Below, piece after piece: positions 48,384 to 57,937 of a stretch of 64,000 bases of DNA. The DNA is from Halarcobacter sp. (GTDB lineage: Bacteria; Campylobacterota; Campylobacteria; Campylobacterales; Arcobacteraceae), in NCBI GenBank assembly GCA_963676565.1, contig OY781089.1:672001-736000 (forward strand), written 5' to 3'. The notes beneath the pieces are model-generated. The model did no database searches. It was not told the DNA's origin and saw only the letters and a list, made by a program, of their open reading frames with translations. The translations under genes were made by a program, and so were the position numbers. The number at the start of each line of letters is the position of its first letter. The first letter of the stretch is position 1.

Positions 48384-48779
48384 ATGAGCAGTATAAAAAT
48401 CACATCGAACACATCAAGTGAAGGTATGTTACAAGTAGCCTTTGCAACTAAAGACTTAGAGAATATTGATTCACACTTTGGAAGTGCAAAACAGTTTGCT
48501 ATATATGATATTAGTAAAAACTCTATCTCTTTAAGCGAAATAAAAAAGGTTGAGGAGAAAGATACAGATAAAACTGTAGCTTTATTAAAAGGAGTTGATA
48601 TTGTGTATTTTACAAATGTTGGAGCAATAGCTGCAGCTAAACTTATCAATTCAGGGATATTTACAATTAAGTATAAAGAGGTTGTAGGTATTGAGGAAGA
48701 GACAAAAAAACTTCAAGATATGTTAAATGCAAATCCTCCTCCATTTATCAAAAAAATAATTGAAAAGAAGGCTGCATAA
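48384..48779 (+). CDS. nifX: nitrogen fixation protein NifX
   Basis: VAFATKD...IDSHFGSA, GAIAAAKL, NPPPF; followed by a DUF269 gene. Confidence 0.85.
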   Translation: MSSIKITSNTSSEGMLQVAFATKDLENIDSHFGSAKQFAIYDISKNSISLSEIKKVEEKDTDKTVALLKGVDIVYFTNVGAIAAAKLINSGIFTIKYKEVVGIEEETKKLQDMLNANPPPFIKKIIEKKAA

Positions 48780-49216
48780 TGGAACTAAAAGAACTATTCT
48801 TAGACACACTAACGGGACAAATTAGAGCATTAGATCAATTTGGTACTTGGACTAATAAATCAGATGATGAACTTATTAAAGAAAAATATGTAAAAACAAA
48901 AGATGAATTAAAAGATATCCCAATTATTGCAGATATAGATGAGATGCAAATTAAAGATATTAGATTAATTTATCAAGCAGTTGCCCTTGCCTTTGAAAAA
49001 ATTACAGGTGTTATGGCTTCTGTTGTTATGGAGATGAGTCATGAAGGTTTTGGTCGAGTTGTAGTATTTGCAGATGATATTGTTCTTTGTGAAAAATACT
49101 TCAAAGATGCCCATAGATTTTCATTTAGAACATATGAAAAACTTGAAGAAGAGGGTGAGAAATATCTTAAAAAAGCTCAAGAGAAATACAACAAATATAA
49201 ATTAGAAACGGTGTAA
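48779..49216 (+). CDS. NifX-associated nitrogen fixation protein (DUF269)
   Basis: QIRALDQFGTW, MSHEGFGR, DAHRFSF. Confidence 0.88.
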   Translation: MELKELFLDTLTGQIRALDQFGTWTNKSDDELIKEKYVKTKDELKDIPIIADIDEMQIKDIRLIYQAVALAFEKITGVMASVVMEMSHEGFGRVVVFADDIVLCEKYFKDAHRFSFRTYEKLEEEGEKYLKKAQEKYNKYKLETV

Positions 49217-49253
49217 GTAAAGTAAAAAAGACTATTTTGAAGGAGAAGAAAAG

Positions 49254-49775
49254 ATGGCAAAAATGGGAATTTTTTGTGGAACAGCAGGTGGTACATCAAT
49301 GGTTGTTGCAGATGCTTTGGCTGAGGCATTTGGTATAGAAGAGGACGATATTATCAATATGGAAGAGGATTTTGATGATATTGAACAATTTGAAGATTAT
49401 GATGTTTTATTTATAGGTAGTTCAACTTGGGGACAAGGGGATGTTCACTTTTCATGGGTTGATGCACAACTTGAAATGGAAGATGAAGAGATGGATTTAT
49501 CTGGTAAAACTGTAGCATTATTTGGTGCAGGGGATAGTGTAAAACATGGAGAACATTTTTGTTCTGCATTGGGAAAACTTCATAAAACATTTACAGGTTT
49601 AGGAGCAAAAGTTGTAGGTTATGTTCCTAAAGATGGATATAAATATGAGTTCTCTTTGGCACAAATGGATGATAAATTATGTGGTTTAGCTATTGATCAA
49701 CATAATGAAGAAGATAAAACAGAAGAAAGAATTGAAAACTGGATTTCAAGTTTAAAAACACAAATTCCAGCATAA
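49254..49775 (+). CDS. long-chain flavodoxin (NifF-like)
   Basis: GTAGGTS, SSTWGQG, ALFGAGD, GLAIDQ.N, RIENW. Confidence 0.9.
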   Translation: MAKMGIFCGTAGGTSMVVADALAEAFGIEEDDIINMEEDFDDIEQFEDYDVLFIGSSTWGQGDVHFSWVDAQLEMEDEEMDLSGKTVALFGAGDSVKHGEHFCSALGKLHKTFTGLGAKVVGYVPKDGYKYEFSLAQMDDKLCGLAIDQHNEEDKTEERIENWISSLKTQIPA

Positions 49776-49795
49776 TCTGTAAGAAAGGATATATC

Positions 49796-50146
49796 GTGGC
49801 AACAGTAGAAGAATTTTATAGATGTAGAGATACAGAAGATTACTTTAAATTTTTTGGGATTGAATTTGATCAATCTTTAATAAATGTAAAGAGATTTCAT
49901 ATGATGAAAGAGTATGGAACACTTATTAAAAATGGTATTAACAATATTAAAGAGGAAAATAAACTTTTAGATTTCTTGAAATTTTCACTTTTAAGGGTTT
50001 ATGGTGATTATAAAAATGGACATGCACCAAGTGCTGCTGATGTTTGGAATATGTATGAAACTGGAAAACTTGAAGGTTGTTCATCATGTGGAACAACACC
50101 AGGTATGACTGGTTCAACTTCAACAGGTGGAAGTTGTGGCTGCTAA
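49796..50146 (+). CDS. nifW: nitrogenase-stabilising protein NifW
   Basis: EDYFKFFGIEFD...INVKRFHMMK; adjacent to nifZ. Confidence 0.82.
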   Translation: MATVEEFYRCRDTEDYFKFFGIEFDQSLINVKRFHMMKEYGTLIKNGINNIKEENKLLDFLKFSLLRVYGDYKNGHAPSAADVWNMYETGKLEGCSSCGTTPGMTGSTSTGGSCGC

Positions 50147-50543
50147 GGGCTTAGACCATGATTATATAGTCGATCCTAATACATTCTTTCATGATAATGT
50201 AACAGGTCCTAGGTCAGGGAAAGATGAAGATGAACCCAAATTTGGAGTTGGTCAAAAAGTAAAACTTATAAAAGAGATTGTAAACGATGGAACATATCCA
50301 CATTCTCCAATAGGTACATTAATGATGCCAAAGGATTCAATTGGATATATAAAATCTGTTGGAGAATTTCTTCAGGTAATTAGAGTTTATGAAGTGCATT
50401 TTTTAGGTGTAGAAGAGGCTCCTGTAGAGATAGTTGGATGTAGAGAAAATGAACTTGAAGCTATGGAAGATTATAAAGATGAAGTTAGAGAAGAGATTGA
50501 GTGGATGAGAAAACACAGAGAGAAATACTACAGTAAAGATTAA
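50127..50543 (+). CDS. nifZ: nitrogen fixation protein NifZ
   Basis: PKF..GQKV......NDGTYP....G, GEFLQ...VY.VHF, VGCRENEL. Confidence 0.9.
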   Translation: MEVVAAKGLDHDYIVDPNTFFHDNVTGPRSGKDEDEPKFGVGQKVKLIKEIVNDGTYPHSPIGTLMMPKDSIGYIKSVGEFLQVIRVYEVHFLGVEEAPVEIVGCRENELEAMEDYKDEVREEIEWMRKHREKYYSKD

Positions 50544-50546
50544 TCA

Positions 50547-50604
50547 TATGCTCCAAGTCAAACGAAAGAATTTTTTGGAATTTTTTCGTATGACTTGGAG
50601 CATA
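50547..50604 (+). other. long intergenic stem-loop
   Basis: Perfect 14-bp arms TATGCTCCAAGTCA / TGACTTGGAGCATA plus an inner stem. Confidence 0.7.
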
Positions 50605-50629
50605 ATTAATTTAATAAAGGAGAAGAAAC

Positions 50630-50968
50630 ATGGCAAAAGTTATTTTTATGCATTTTGATACTGAATCAGATGGTGTTTATGATGCAAAGATTGGTGAGCC
50701 TATCATTAGGTTAGCAAAGGAGAAAGGGATTCCTCTTCCTGCGGATTTAAAAGATTATTCTAAATGTTTAATTAAGGTTGAAAATTTGGCTGATGAAGAA
50801 CCTACAAGCTATATGGAAGATGAAGAACTAGAAGTATTAGTTGAACTTGGTGCTATTACAGAAGATGAAGCACATCAGTGTCAACAATTCACTATAAGTC
50901 CAAAAATTAGAATAGCACCTATGATGTTAGTTAAGGGTGATATTTTAGTTAAACCATATTCACTATAG
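50630..50968 (+). CDS. ferredoxin-fold protein resembling Shethna protein II (FeSII) but lacking most cluster Cys
   Basis: AKEKGIPLP-ADLKDYSKC-LIKV...long helical insert...RIAP-MML...GDILV; AAGGAG RBS. Confidence 0.7.
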   Translation: MAKVIFMHFDTESDGVYDAKIGEPIIRLAKEKGIPLPADLKDYSKCLIKVENLADEEPTSYMEDEELEVLVELGAITEDEAHQCQQFTISPKIRIAPMMLVKGDILVKPYSL

Positions 50969-51190
50969 TAATAAATTGAAGTATTAAAAGAGTAACTCGC
51001 AACGGTACCCTTAAAAAATGTCCATTTTTTAAGGAATCCGATGCTCTCTTTAGGATTTTGCTACTTTTTATCTTCACTGCGTTTGCTACAAGACTGCGCT
51101 ATGAAGAAGGATTTTTTATAAATCCTGCTAAAAAGTAGATAAATATGAAAAGGTCCCTTTAAAATTGGGACAATTTAAAAGGAAACAAAA

Positions 51191-51487
51191 ATGACAACAA
51201 GAGTAGAGATAGTAAATGATTTTTTAGCTATTAATGTTAAACCAGGAAGTACAATTCAAGATGTAGTTGAAGCATCTGGTTCAGCTTTACCATTTGGGTG
51301 TAGAGATGGTGAGTGTGGAACATGTGTAGTTGAGATTGAGCAAGGTATGGAATTTTTATCTGATATCAATGAAAAAGAGATAAAAGTTATTAATGAAGTT
51401 TGTGCAGGAACTTGTACTGAAAAGACAAGACTTTCTTGTCAAATGAAAATAGTTAAACCTAACGGTATCGTTAGAATTAAGTATTAA
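51191..51487 (+). CDS. [2Fe-2S] ferredoxin
   Basis: PFGCRDGECGTC ... RLSCQ. Confidence 0.92.
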   Translation: MTTRVEIVNDFLAINVKPGSTIQDVVEASGSALPFGCRDGECGTCVVEIEQGMEFLSDINEKEIKVINEVCAGTCTEKTRLSCQMKIVKPNGIVRIKY

Positions 51488-51540
51488 AAAATATACACTT
51501 TTTTGTCTAAATTCGTTTAGAATTTAGGCAAAATAGGACT

Positions 51541-52794
51541 ATGAGTATGGCACCTACATTATCAACATCAGTTGCACAAAAACAAAATCTTAATTTATCA
51601 CTTAAAATGTGGTTACCAATGTTGCAGTCATCACTGCAAGACCTAGAGAAACACCTAACAAATGTATCTTATGAAAACCCATTTTTAGAGATTAAAAAGC
51701 CAAAAGAGTTTTATAATAACTTTATGCCACAAGGAACAAGTGGAGAGTTTATTGAATCTTTAGCTTTATATGATGAATCATTACATGATAAAATCAGTGA
51801 ACAAATTTGTGCACCAAATTTTCCAACACCAAATTCACAAAAAGTTGCAATGGAGATTTTATGTGACATAAATGAAGATGGATATTTTGATGGAGATATT
51901 GAAAAGATTGCTGTAACATGTGGAGTATATAAAGAGTATGTTGAATCAATTAGACAAAGGTTTTCAAGACTAGAGCCATCTGGAGTTGCTTCAATGAACT
52001 TATCAGAATCATTTGAATTTCAATTAGATGCTTGTGATAAAGATATTGATGATGAGCTTTATAATTTTATTAAAAAAGTTGTAAAAGATATTGCTCACTT
52101 AGATAAATATGCTGCTCACCATAGATTTGATGATGCAAAGGATGTTATAAAATACTTTAATAATCCACCAGCAATCAATTATCTAAATACAAATACTCAG
52201 GTTATTCCTGATTTTTATGTGGATATTGGTGAAGATATTAATGTTAAGATTAATCACGCTTATTATCCTGATATTGAGGTAAAAGATCCTTTTTCTTCGA
52301 AGAATCAAAGTATAAAAGATAAACTAAAAGAAGCAAGGGATTTAGTAAATCTTTTAAATCTAAGAAAATCAACTTTATACAAAATTGTACTGTTAATTGT
52401 GGAGAAACAAATTTCATTTTTTGTTGGAGGAGAACTTAAACCTTTTTCAATGCAAGAATTAGCAGGAGAGCTAGGTTTTGCAGAATCAACAATAAGTAGA
52501 GCAGTTGCAAATAAACATATAGAGTGTAACCTTGGAATTTTTCCATTAAAACATTTTTTCACTAATGCTGTAAATGATAAAGATTTATCTTCATCTCAAA
52601 TTAAAAGTTATATTAAATCTCTAGTTGAATATGAAAAAAGAGAAACACCACTTACAGATCAACAGATATTAGAAATGATTTATGAAAAGTTTGATTTGAA
52701 AATGGTTAGAAGAACTATCACTAAATATAGAAAGATGTTAAATATTCCCTCTTCAAAAGAGAGAAAGAAACTTTATAAGGTAGAAAACCTATAA
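51541..52794 (+). CDS. rpoN: RNA polymerase sigma-54 factor
   Basis: Gln/Leu-rich region I, ESTISRAVANK HTH, RpoN box VRRTITKYR. Confidence 0.95.
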   Translation: MSMAPTLSTSVAQKQNLNLSLKMWLPMLQSSLQDLEKHLTNVSYENPFLEIKKPKEFYNNFMPQGTSGEFIESLALYDESLHDKISEQICAPNFPTPNSQKVAMEILCDINEDGYFDGDIEKIAVTCGVYKEYVESIRQRFSRLEPSGVASMNLSESFEFQLDACDKDIDDELYNFIKKVVKDIAHLDKYAAHHRFDDAKDVIKYFNNPPAINYLNTNTQVIPDFYVDIGEDINVKINHAYYPDIEVKDPFSSKNQSIKDKLKEARDLVNLLNLRKSTLYKIVLLIVEKQISFFVGGELKPFSMQELAGELGFAESTISRAVANKHIECNLGIFPLKHFFTNAVNDKDLSSSQIKSYIKSLVEYEKRETPLTDQQILEMIYEKFDLKMVRRTITKYRKMLNIPSSKERKKLYKVENL

Positions 52795-52799
52795 GTATC

Positions 52800-53429
52800 T
52801 TAAGAATTGTTACTTTCTAATGTGGACAAAAAATCTTTTTTATAAGACTTGGCAATACAATCCAAGTTTAAAATCTCATCTATAATTCTTTTATCACTTG
52901 GTGGAGTTTTTAAATAGTTACTTAAATCTTTTATTGACAAATTTGAAACTCTTTTTTCTAAAACCATTTTATCTTCAATATTAATAACACCTTCTTTTAG
53001 TACTCTCACATACCAACCAGTTGCATGATGTTCATTTATGTACCTTTTAACCTCTTTTGAAAAAAGTGCACCTATTTTCCAGCAAGGTTGTCTTGGTTGG
53101 GTTACTTCAAGTTTAACTTCTCCAATTTTGTAAATATCCCCTACACAGATGTCAACTTCACTTACATCTTCAAGTAAAATATTACATCCTATAGCTAGTT
53201 TATCAAAGTCTTCATTTATTTGTAAATGTTTATATGCACCAAAATGTATTGCTTTATCAACTCCACCATGAAATCTTTTATCAACTTGGAAATCTCCTTC
53301 AAGTCCTAATTTATTTACTTTTATTTTATTTACAAAATTATCTTTTTTGTAGGCACTTTCAAACTCTTTTTGCCCAAATTTGTATTGTTTTGCTTTTCCA
53401 AATGCAATACTTTTAATTGTACTTTCCAT
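52800..53429 (-). CDS. MOSC domain protein (YiiM-like)
   Basis: HGGVDKA, VTQPRQPCWK, TGWYVRVL.EG. Confidence 0.88.
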   Translation of the reverse strand: MESTIKSIAFGKAKQYKFGQKEFESAYKKDNFVNKIKVNKLGLEGDFQVDKRFHGGVDKAIHFGAYKHLQINEDFDKLAIGCNILLEDVSEVDICVGDIYKIGEVKLEVTQPRQPCWKIGALFSKEVKRYINEHHATGWYVRVLKEGVINIEDKMVLEKRVSNLSIKDLSNYLKTPPSDKRIIDEILNLDCIAKSYKKDFLSTLESNNS

Positions 53430-53453
53430 ATTATTAATCTACCTTATTATTAA

Positions 53454-54047
53454 TTATTCACATTTAGTGTTCTTTAAAATCACATCCTCTTTTTTTAAAC
53501 TCTCACATTGAGCTTTTGTTAAAATTGAATCTTCAAACATAGCTTTAAATCCTAAAATATTTTCTAAAGAAACTAATCTTAGATCGTTTTCTAAAAACTT
53601 AGCTTCGGCAATTCGTGAACCATTCATATTAACCTCTTTTAAAGTAGCTTCTTGAAATAGTGCATCCCATAAATTTGCATTTTTAAAAGAAGTATTTGAT
53701 ATCTCACTAAATTGAAATCTTACAGCTTTAAATATACTATCTTCAAAATTAGAGTTTGAAATTATAGCACCTTCAAAGTTTGCTAATCTAAAATTAGAGT
53801 TTATACCTTTTACATTTTCAAGTGTTGCTCCCCAAAAATTTGCAAAAGCAAAATTGGATAAAGAGATATTTGAACCACTTAAATTAGATTCACTTAGATT
53901 GGCTTTTTGTAAATTAAGTCCAGAAAGATTTGCATTGGTTAAATCACACCCTATACAAGAGTTAGTTTCTTTTAGTTTTTGTAAGTGTATTTTATCAAAA
54001 GAGAAAAGGGAACTAATTAAAAACAAGAAAATTAAAAGATATCTCAT
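53454..54047 (-). CDS. pentapeptide repeat protein
   Basis: Signal peptide, C..CDL then A(N/D)L/F pentapeptide repeats. Confidence 0.88.
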   Translation of the reverse strand: MRYLLIFLFLISSLFSFDKIHLQKLKETNSCIGCDLTNANLSGLNLQKANLSESNLSGSNISLSNFAFANFWGATLENVKGINSNFRLANFEGAIISNSNFEDSIFKAVRFQFSEISNTSFKNANLWDALFQEATLKEVNMNGSRIAEAKFLENDLRLVSLENILGFKAMFEDSILTKAQCESLKKEDVILKNTKCE

Positions 54048-54427
54048 TGATTAACCTTTGATGCAAAATCTAAAAACTGTTCTTTTTTCATACCACCCAT
54101 CTTTTTCTTTAAAACATTTTCTCCATCTTTAGAGATATAAAATCTAGGAATCCCCCAAAATTGCATTTGCTCTGGGATATTTTTGTCTTTAATATCAAGA
54201 TCTACAGCTACATAATTTTTATTAATATAGTTTGAAACTTCATCCTGTGTGAAAATATGCTTTTTCATATAATTACATTCAGGGCAGGTTTTAGAACTAA
54301 TCATTACAAGAAGTTCTTTATTTTCAGATTTTGATTTTTCCAATGCTTTGTTGTAGTCTTTTTCAAAATTAATTGAAGCTAACAAGGAGATAGCAGAAAT
54401 AATAGATATTAATAAAAGCTTTACCAT
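54044..54427 (-). CDS. periplasmic thioredoxin-fold protein (SoxW-like)
   Basis: Signal peptide, CPEC, GIP cis-Pro loop. Confidence 0.82.
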   Translation of the reverse strand: MVKLLLISIISAISLLASINFEKDYNKALEKSKSENKELLVMISSKTCPECNYMKKHIFTQDEVSNYINKNYVAVDLDIKDKNIPEQMQFWGIPRFYISKDGENVLKKKMGGMKKEQFLDFASKVNQ

Positions 54428-54539
54428 TTGTAGTCCCTTAATTGTTTTTTATAATCATAGGACTTATTTAATTAGGAAGTTTATAAATTGTAAAACTAAA
54501 TAAAAATTTAAAGTTAAATATGAATATTTACTTTAACTC

Positions 54540-54755
54540 TTAAGAAGCAATTTTAAAAAGTAAGTCATCAACTTGAAGTTCTAGTCTTGCAATAACTTTT
54601 TTTATATCTGTATCACTAAGGTATTTATTATCTTCCATTGTTTTTTTATATCTATAGGAAATATAATTGATATCATTAACTAAATCATTTGTGATTTCAA
54701 AGTTTTTTCTTTTTAATAAATTGTTTAATTCATCAAATTTTTTTTCAAACATCAT
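54540..54755 (-). CDS. hypothetical protein
   Basis: AAGGAG RBS before ATG 54755; divergent from nifH. Confidence 0.6.
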   Translation of the reverse strand: MMFEKKFDELNNLLKRKNFEITNDLVNDINYISYRYKKTMEDNKYLSDTDIKKVIARLELQVDDLLFKIAS

Positions 54756-55026
54756 TATTTCTCCTTTTTCTTTTAAAAATAATATCATTAAATAATACTT
54801 CAAAAGTATCATTATAGATTTTTAAGGAGTACCTTTTTGATATTTTTTTAAATTCAAAAATTCAAAAATTTACACTTTTTTACAAAATTTACACTCAAAA
54901 AACAAATGTGTAAATAAGATAAATTTTATCTTATTTTAAGAATTTCGAAATTTTTTTTTAAATTTAATCCCATAAAATGGGGCTTTATTGAAAATTTCAA
55001 ATTTTTTCTTTTCTTTTTTACTCTTG

Positions 55027-55043
55027 TGGAACACTTAGTGCAT
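55027..55043 (+). promoter_or_regulatory. sigma54 promoter of nifH
   Basis: tGG-AACACTTAGT-GCat. Confidence 0.87.
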
Positions 55044-55064
55044 TAATCATTTTCGTAAATATGA

Positions 55065-55991
<927 letters not shown>

Positions 55992-55997
55992 GCTTAG

Positions 55998-56024
55998 CCT
56001 TTAAAAGTCATTGATTTTTAAAGG
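55998..56024 (+). other. stem-loop after nifH (mRNA stabiliser or attenuator)
   Basis: CCTTTAAAAGTCA-t-TGATTTTTAAAGG. Confidence 0.55.
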
Positions 56025-56076
56025 GACTTTGTCCCAAATAAATAAGATTAAAAAAATAAAAAAATAGGAGAAGAAA

Positions 56077-56436
56077 ATGTTTATATGTGGATACCACTTT
56101 CCAGCAAGTGAAGGAAATGATGTAGCTTTTGATAAAGTTGTAGAAAAAATTGAAGATGGTTTAGAGGCAACAGGTAAAACTGTAACTCTTACAAGTGAAA
56201 CTAGAGAGGGTGTATTATTAGAAACTCTTGAAGTATCTGAAGGTACATTTCTTCATAAAGCACTAGTTGATTACTATGTAAACACTGAGTGTAAAGAAAA
56301 AGATGGTTTCAAAATGATGTATTATACAAACAAATACCAAATTGCTGAAATCTCTAAATCTGTTGATGGTGAAGCTACAAAAGAGCTTTGTAAAAAATTA
56401 GATGACATGAATCTATACAGGGTAAAAGTAGCTTAA
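56077..56436 (+). CDS. unknown 119-aa protein between nifH and nifD
   Basis: AGGAG RBS, same strand and operon position; no family recognised. Confidence 0.85.
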   Translation: MFICGYHFPASEGNDVAFDKVVEKIEDGLEATGKTVTLTSETREGVLLETLEVSEGTFLHKALVDYYVNTECKEKDGFKMMYYTNKYQIAEISKSVDGEATKELCKKLDDMNLYRVKVA

Positions 56437-56468
56437 TAATCTTAAGCCTAAATATAAAAGGAGAAGAG

Positions 56469-57926
56469 ATGGGACCAGAAACATTAGAGAGTCTACAACA
56501 AGAAGCTATTGCTGAGGTACTTGAAGCATATCCAGCAAAAGCTGCAAAAAATAGAGCAAAACACTTAGGTGTTGATACACCAGAAGGTGTAAAAGGTGCT
56601 TGTGATAAAACAAGATCAAACAAACAAACAGTACCAGGAGTTATGTCGCAAAGAGGTTGTGCTTATGCGGGTTCTAAAGGGGTTGTTTGGGGACCAATTA
56701 AAGATATGATTCATATTTCTCACGGACCTATTGGATGTGGACAATATTCAAGAGGTGGTAGAAGAAACTATTATATTGGTACTACAGGTGTTGATACGTT
56801 TGTTACAATGAATTTCTCAACTGATTTTAACGAAAAAGATATCGTATTTGGTGGTGATAAAAAATTAAAGAAAGCTTTAGAAGAGATTGATGAATTATTC
56901 CCACTAAATAATGGTGTATCTATTCAGTCAGAGTGTCCAATTGGATTAATTGGGGACGATATTCAAGCAGTTGCAAAAGTTCACAAAAAAGAAACAGGTA
57001 ATCAAACAATTGCTGTTTCATGTGAAGGGTTTAGAGGGGTTTCACAATCTCTTGGTCACCACATTGCAAACGATATGATTAGAGATCACGTTATGCCAGA
57101 TGCATCATATAGAAAAGACTTAGATTCTACAGAATATGATGTATCAATTATTGGAGACTATAACATCGGTGGAGATGCTTGGTCTACAAGAATTATCTTA
57201 GAAGAGATGGGATTAAGAGTTATCTCTCAATGGTCTGGTGATGCTACTTATAAAGAGATTGCAAATGGACCAAAAGCAAAATTAAACTTACTTCATTGTT
57301 ATAGATCTATGAACTATATTTCAAGACACATGGAGCAAGAGTTTGGTATTCCTTGGATGGAATATAACTTCTTTGGACCAAGTAAAACTACTGAGTCTAT
57401 TAGAAAAATCGCTTCATTCTTCGATGAATCAATCCAAGAAAAAGCTGAAGCTGTAATTGCTAAATATACTAAAATGACTGATGAAGTTATTGCTAAATAT
57501 AAGCCAAAATTAGAGGGTAAAAAAGTTATGCTTTATGTTGGTGGATTAAGACCAAGACACGTTATTGGTGCTTATGAAGATTTAGGAATGGAAGTTATTG
57601 GTACTGGTTATGAGTTCGGACATGGTGATGATTATAAAAGAACTAAAGAAGATTTAGGAAGATCAACAGTTATCTATGACGATGCTAACGAATATGAGTT
57701 AGAACAATTTGTTAAAAAATTAAGACCAGACTTAGTTGCAGCTGGGGTAAAAGAGAAATATGTATTCCAAAAAATGGGTTTACCATTTAGACAAATGCAC
57801 TCTTGGGATTATTCTGGACCATACCATGGGTATGATGCATTTGCAATTTTTGCAAAAGATATGGATTTAGCTATGAACTCTCCTGTATGGGCTCATACTA
57901 CAGCTCCATGGGAAAAAGAAGCGTAA
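56469..57926 (+). CDS. nifD: nitrogenase MoFe protein alpha chain
   Basis: RGCAYAG, HGPIGC, SECPIG P-cluster Cys; HCYRS and QMHSWDY FeMo-co ligands. Confidence 0.98.
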   Translation: MGPETLESLQQEAIAEVLEAYPAKAAKNRAKHLGVDTPEGVKGACDKTRSNKQTVPGVMSQRGCAYAGSKGVVWGPIKDMIHISHGPIGCGQYSRGGRRNYYIGTTGVDTFVTMNFSTDFNEKDIVFGGDKKLKKALEEIDELFPLNNGVSIQSECPIGLIGDDIQAVAKVHKKETGNQTIAVSCEGFRGVSQSLGHHIANDMIRDHVMPDASYRKDLDSTEYDVSIIGDYNIGGDAWSTRIILEEMGLRVISQWSGDATYKEIANGPKAKLNLLHCYRSMNYISRHMEQEFGIPWMEYNFFGPSKTTESIRKIASFFDESIQEKAEAVIAKYTKMTDEVIAKYKPKLEGKKVMLYVGGLRPRHVIGAYEDLGMEVIGTGYEFGHGDDYKRTKEDLGRSTVIYDDANEYELEQFVKKLRPDLVAAGVKEKYVFQKMGLPFRQMHSWDYSGPYHGYDAFAIFAKDMDLAMNSPVWAHTTAPWEKEA

Positions 57927-57937
57927 GGAGAAGTGTT

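Noticed and set aside
53560..53960. Short-period repeats
   Set aside because: Coding pentapeptide repeats
56077..56436. nifI/PII or VnfG/AnfG assignment for the ORF between nifH and nifD
   Set aside because: No PII T-loop or GDGKIF motif; wrong position for a G subunit; NifD has Mo-type ligand motifs
57887..57937. N-terminal extension of NifK given by the ORF track
   Set aside because: Overlaps nifD; the AAGGAG RBS supports ATG 57938
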